Source: Carcharhinus longimanus (lineage: Eukaryota). Taken from it: a stretch of DNA of 64,000 nt. The stretch covers positions 22,133,281 to 22,197,280 of the forward strand of contig JASCQW010000156.1 of the NCBI GenBank assembly GCA_030264375.1, in the 5' to 3' direction. The notes beneath the pieces were generated by a model, which searched no databases, was not told where the DNA came from, and saw nothing but the letters and a program-made list of their open reading frames with translations. Positions 60,595 to 64,000 of the stretch are shown here, in pieces (within the stretch, counting starts at the first letter, position 1; each line of letters starts with the position of its first letter). A program made the translations under genes and the position numbers.

Positions 60595-61627
60595 GTATGC
60601 GTCAAGCTAAACACATGAGCAGCAACATTGTTTGACATTTACCTGAATTCATTGTGTAATAAATGTGTGAAAGGTCAAAAATATTAACCTGAAGACAATC
60701 CTGATGGATGCTGGAGAAAACCCCTTGTTAGGTCTTTGAACCCATCCACTGCTCTATTCTGTTCAAGCTGGGAAAAGTTTCCGTTGTTATCATTCCAACA
60801 TTAGAGTATGATTTCTGCTTCTTGTGCAACTGCTAATCACAGGCAGCTTTCACTTAGTACAGGAGAAATAATTTTGGGGGATGAAACTGAATTAGGAGGG
60901 ACAGTGGGAGTAGGAAGTGACAATGGGACATGAGCAGATTAAGTGAGTGGGAAAATCAGATGAAATTTAGTGTGGACAATTGTCATCCATCTTCAACGTG
61001 AGAGAGAGAGAAATTGCCAAATTTTGTAAATAGTGGTAAACTAGGAACTGCAGAGGAGCAGAGGTTTGAGAGTACATGTAGACTCATTTAAAAACTGAGA
61101 CAGGAAGAAAAAGCAGCCATAAAGGGTAATGGAATGTTGGCCTTGATCTCAAGAGGGGTGAAGTGCAAAGTAGAGTACAGAGAGAATGTTTATGCTTCAG
61201 TTGTATAGGAGTCTTGATCAGAGTCAACCTAATAGTCAAGACAGAGTTCATTTACCAAGGCTTTACGAAATTGTTGTATGTTTTGATGACATGGTGCTTT
61301 AGTACATGATGCATCCATGGTCCTTGGGAGCAATGTAAGTCAAGGGATTGAAGCATCTTGTTTGGATTGGGGGGAGGGGGGTGCTGCATTCTTATCAGCA
61401 TGGAGGTAGGTTGTACTGAGTGAATCACCAAGAAAAAGGCCTGGAATAGAATCTTCCATTGCTAGGTAATCAGATTTTCTGATGAGCATCTGTTTCATGA
61501 AAGCATCGGCCACATGTTTTTGTAGCAAGGATTGCATTTGATTGTAGGGGAATGTCCTTTTTGTTTTGGGGCTATTCCTCTGCCTTCAACTATTCTGATA
61601 CTCTGTCACCTATAGTGGAGAGAGAAC

Positions 61628-62006
61628 ACAGTAAGAAGTCTCAACACCAGGTTAAAGTCCAGTGGGTTTATCTGGTAGCAAAAGCCATTAACTTTCGGAG
61701 CACTGCTCCTTTGTCAGGTAAGTGGGAGTTCTGTTCAGAAACAGAGCATATAAAGACACAAACTTGGTTTACAAAATAATGGTTGGATGCGAGTCTTTAC
61801 AGGTAATCGAGTCTTAAATATACAGACAATGAGTGGCGAGAGCGTTAAGCACAGGTTAAAGAGATGTGCATTGTCTCCTGACAGGACAGTTAGTGAGATT
61901 TTGCAAGCCTAGGCAAGTCGTGGTGGTTACAGATAGTATGACACGAACCCAAGATCCCGGTTGAGGCCGTCCTCATCATTTTAAATAGCCAAGTTCCACA
62001 CACGAG
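61628..62006 (-). mobile_element. Penelope-like element 3' arm
   Basis: Colinear with 42024-42400; hammerhead core mutated to CUGACAA. Confidence 0.8.
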
Positions 62007-64000
62007 NNNNNNNNNNNNNNNNNNNNNNNNNNNNNNNNNNNNNNNNNNNNNNNNNNNNNNNNNNNNNNNNNNNNNNNNNNNNNNNNNNNNNNNNNNNNNN
62101 NNNNNNNNNNNNNNNNNNNNNNNNNNNNNNNNNNNNNNNNNNNNNNNNNNNNNNNNNNNNNNNNNNNNNNNNNNNNNNNNNNNNNNNNNNNNNNNNNNNN
62201 NNNNNNNNNNNNNNNNNNNNNNNNNNNNNNNNNNNNNNNNNNNNNNNNNNNNNNNNNNNNNNNNNNNNNNNNNNNNNNNNNNNNNNNNNNNNNNNNNNNN
62301 NNNNNNNNNNNNNNNNNNNNNNNNNNNNNNNNNNNNNNNNNNNNNNNNNNNNNNNNNNNNNNNNNNNNNNNNNNNNNNNNNNNNNNNNNNNNNNNNNNNN
62401 NNNNNNNNNNNNNNNNNNNNNNNNNNNNNNNNNNNNNNNNNNNNNNNNNNNNNNNNNNNNNNNNNNNNNNNNNNNNNNNNNNNNNNNNNNNNNNNNNNNN
62501 NNNNNNNNNNNNNNNNNNNNNNNNNNNNNNNNNNNNNNNNNNNNNNNNNNNNNNNNNNNNNNNNNNNNNNNNNNNNNNNNNNNNNNNNNNNNNNNNNNNN
62601 NNNNNNNNNNNNNNNNNNNNNNNNNNNNNNNNNNNNNNNNNNNNNNNNNNNNNNNNNNNNNNNNNNNNNNNNNNNNNNNNNNNNNNNNNNNNNNNNNNNN
62701 NNNNNNNNNNNNNNNNNNNNNNNNNNNNNNNNNNNNNNNNNNNNNNNNNNGCCACCTCGCGGCCCAGCTCTGCAACCTGTCTAAGTCACCCTGCAAACTA
62801 TGACACCCTTCCTCACAATCTACCACATCATCTTCAAGTCCCATTTATTGTCGATCCCTCCGTTGATCAGAGGTTAGCCATGAACTGCAGGTTACTGAAA
62901 GTGGGTGTATAAATTCTCCTCCTGGTGCTAGTTGTTGAATCCAGATATTGGTTTTTTTTTTGTGGAAGATGAATATACTTCTATGAATAAAAGTTGGCTG
63001 AGAACCAGGTGTTCATCTTCCATTCTGAGGATAATGTTCATTGTTCTGTGGCTGGGTCAGTTGCAAACTATTGGAAACAATGAACCTCTTTGATTCTTCA
63101 CTCACTAAAGTGATAGCTCCATGAACAAGAAACACTTAGAAGTCTTTGCATTTGCCTATCACCACTTCAAATCAAGAATCTGAGAGTTACTTTAACCACT
63201 TGGTCTCTCTTCAGAGGGATCTACCCCTTTGGCCAATAAGAGATTAAAATGAGCTGGGTGAAATTTATTTTCATCGATTCAATGACAATTGTTTAATTTA
63301 TAATGTCACCCTCCAGTTTTACACCCACGTTGATGTAACTTGTGCTCAGAGTTATTTTTCCAGACCATCGGAAATAAAGTTTAACATTCCATTTTATTGT
63401 ATCTTCCATTTCTTATAACTCCAAATATCTTGTTACATCCACTTGTATCAATGTTATCTCACTTGTTGTCCATGAGGTGGTATTTTGGTATTCTGCAAAA
63501 TGGTGCAGACTTCCATTGTTGCTGAAAGTGGAATCTAACAGATCTATGTTGGAGCGTTTGTTTCTCAGATGAGTAAATGGTAATTACTTTTATACTAACT
63601 TTTCTGGAGTGCACAACTTGTACCTCATCCTTGTGGCAATTTGTCAAATGTCAGCTGGCTATTCTATCACAAGTGGTGGGAGACCATCACAGCTGCAAAT
63701 TATCTTGCCTATCCACCCACAGACCAGTTAATTAGTATACTGCCATTTTAGCTTGGAGTACTAGTGGGGAAACTTTCTGCCCCTTGTGACACAGGCTGCA
63801 TGGTTCAAAGTAAGTTATAATAGAAAAATATAGCTGCATGAGAATTGTAATTACTATTTGTTTGTTTGATTAAATTGATAAGGCAGGATGAGATAGCTCT
63901 GAAATTGAAGATGTGATTAAATTCAAAACTATCAAGGCTGTGGTTTTTAGCTGCTGATTCAAAAGTATTTCAATTTCTACACAATCTACAGACCTTCAGG

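Noticed and set aside
61976-62844. 259- and 287-aa ORFs
   Set aside because: Almost entirely N-gap; the flanks are PLE and CR1 fragments.
60595-64000. DDOST final exon (VSVRP...YERFI..AYPYY)
   Set aside because: Not found; it is presumably beyond the window or within the 62007-62750 gap, so no truncation is claimed.

Overview
Vertebrate (shark-like, chondrichthyan) genomic scaffold with many N-gaps; the lineage is inferred from abundant HE1-type V-SINEs and CR1/HER1-type LINEs. Three intron-containing genes can be reconstructed by eye from translation and GT-AG boundaries: the 5' part of DNAJC16 (minus strand, promoter about 12.4-12.6 kb, running off the left edge), a complete 9-exon CASP9 (minus, 41915 to 20263, about 417 aa), and DDOST/OST48 exons 1-10 (plus, from 46686; last exon not visible). 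The unexpected elements are: (i) two intact, correctly phased exons of an ATP10-class P4-ATPase on the opposite strand inside CASP9 intron 3, with no other ATP10 exons in the window; (ii) a frameshifted HSBP1 retrocopy just downstream of CASP9; (iii) several Penelope-like-element (PLE) hairpin insertions with 11-14 bp target-site duplications that carry minimal hammerhead ribozyme motifs, two of them immediately upstream of the DNAJC16 and CASP9 promoters; (iv) a minisatellite plus CR1-tail composite nested in one of these PLEs. Most ORFs in the supplied track are repeat-derived or spurious. All family assignments are from recalled sequence knowledge, not database searches.
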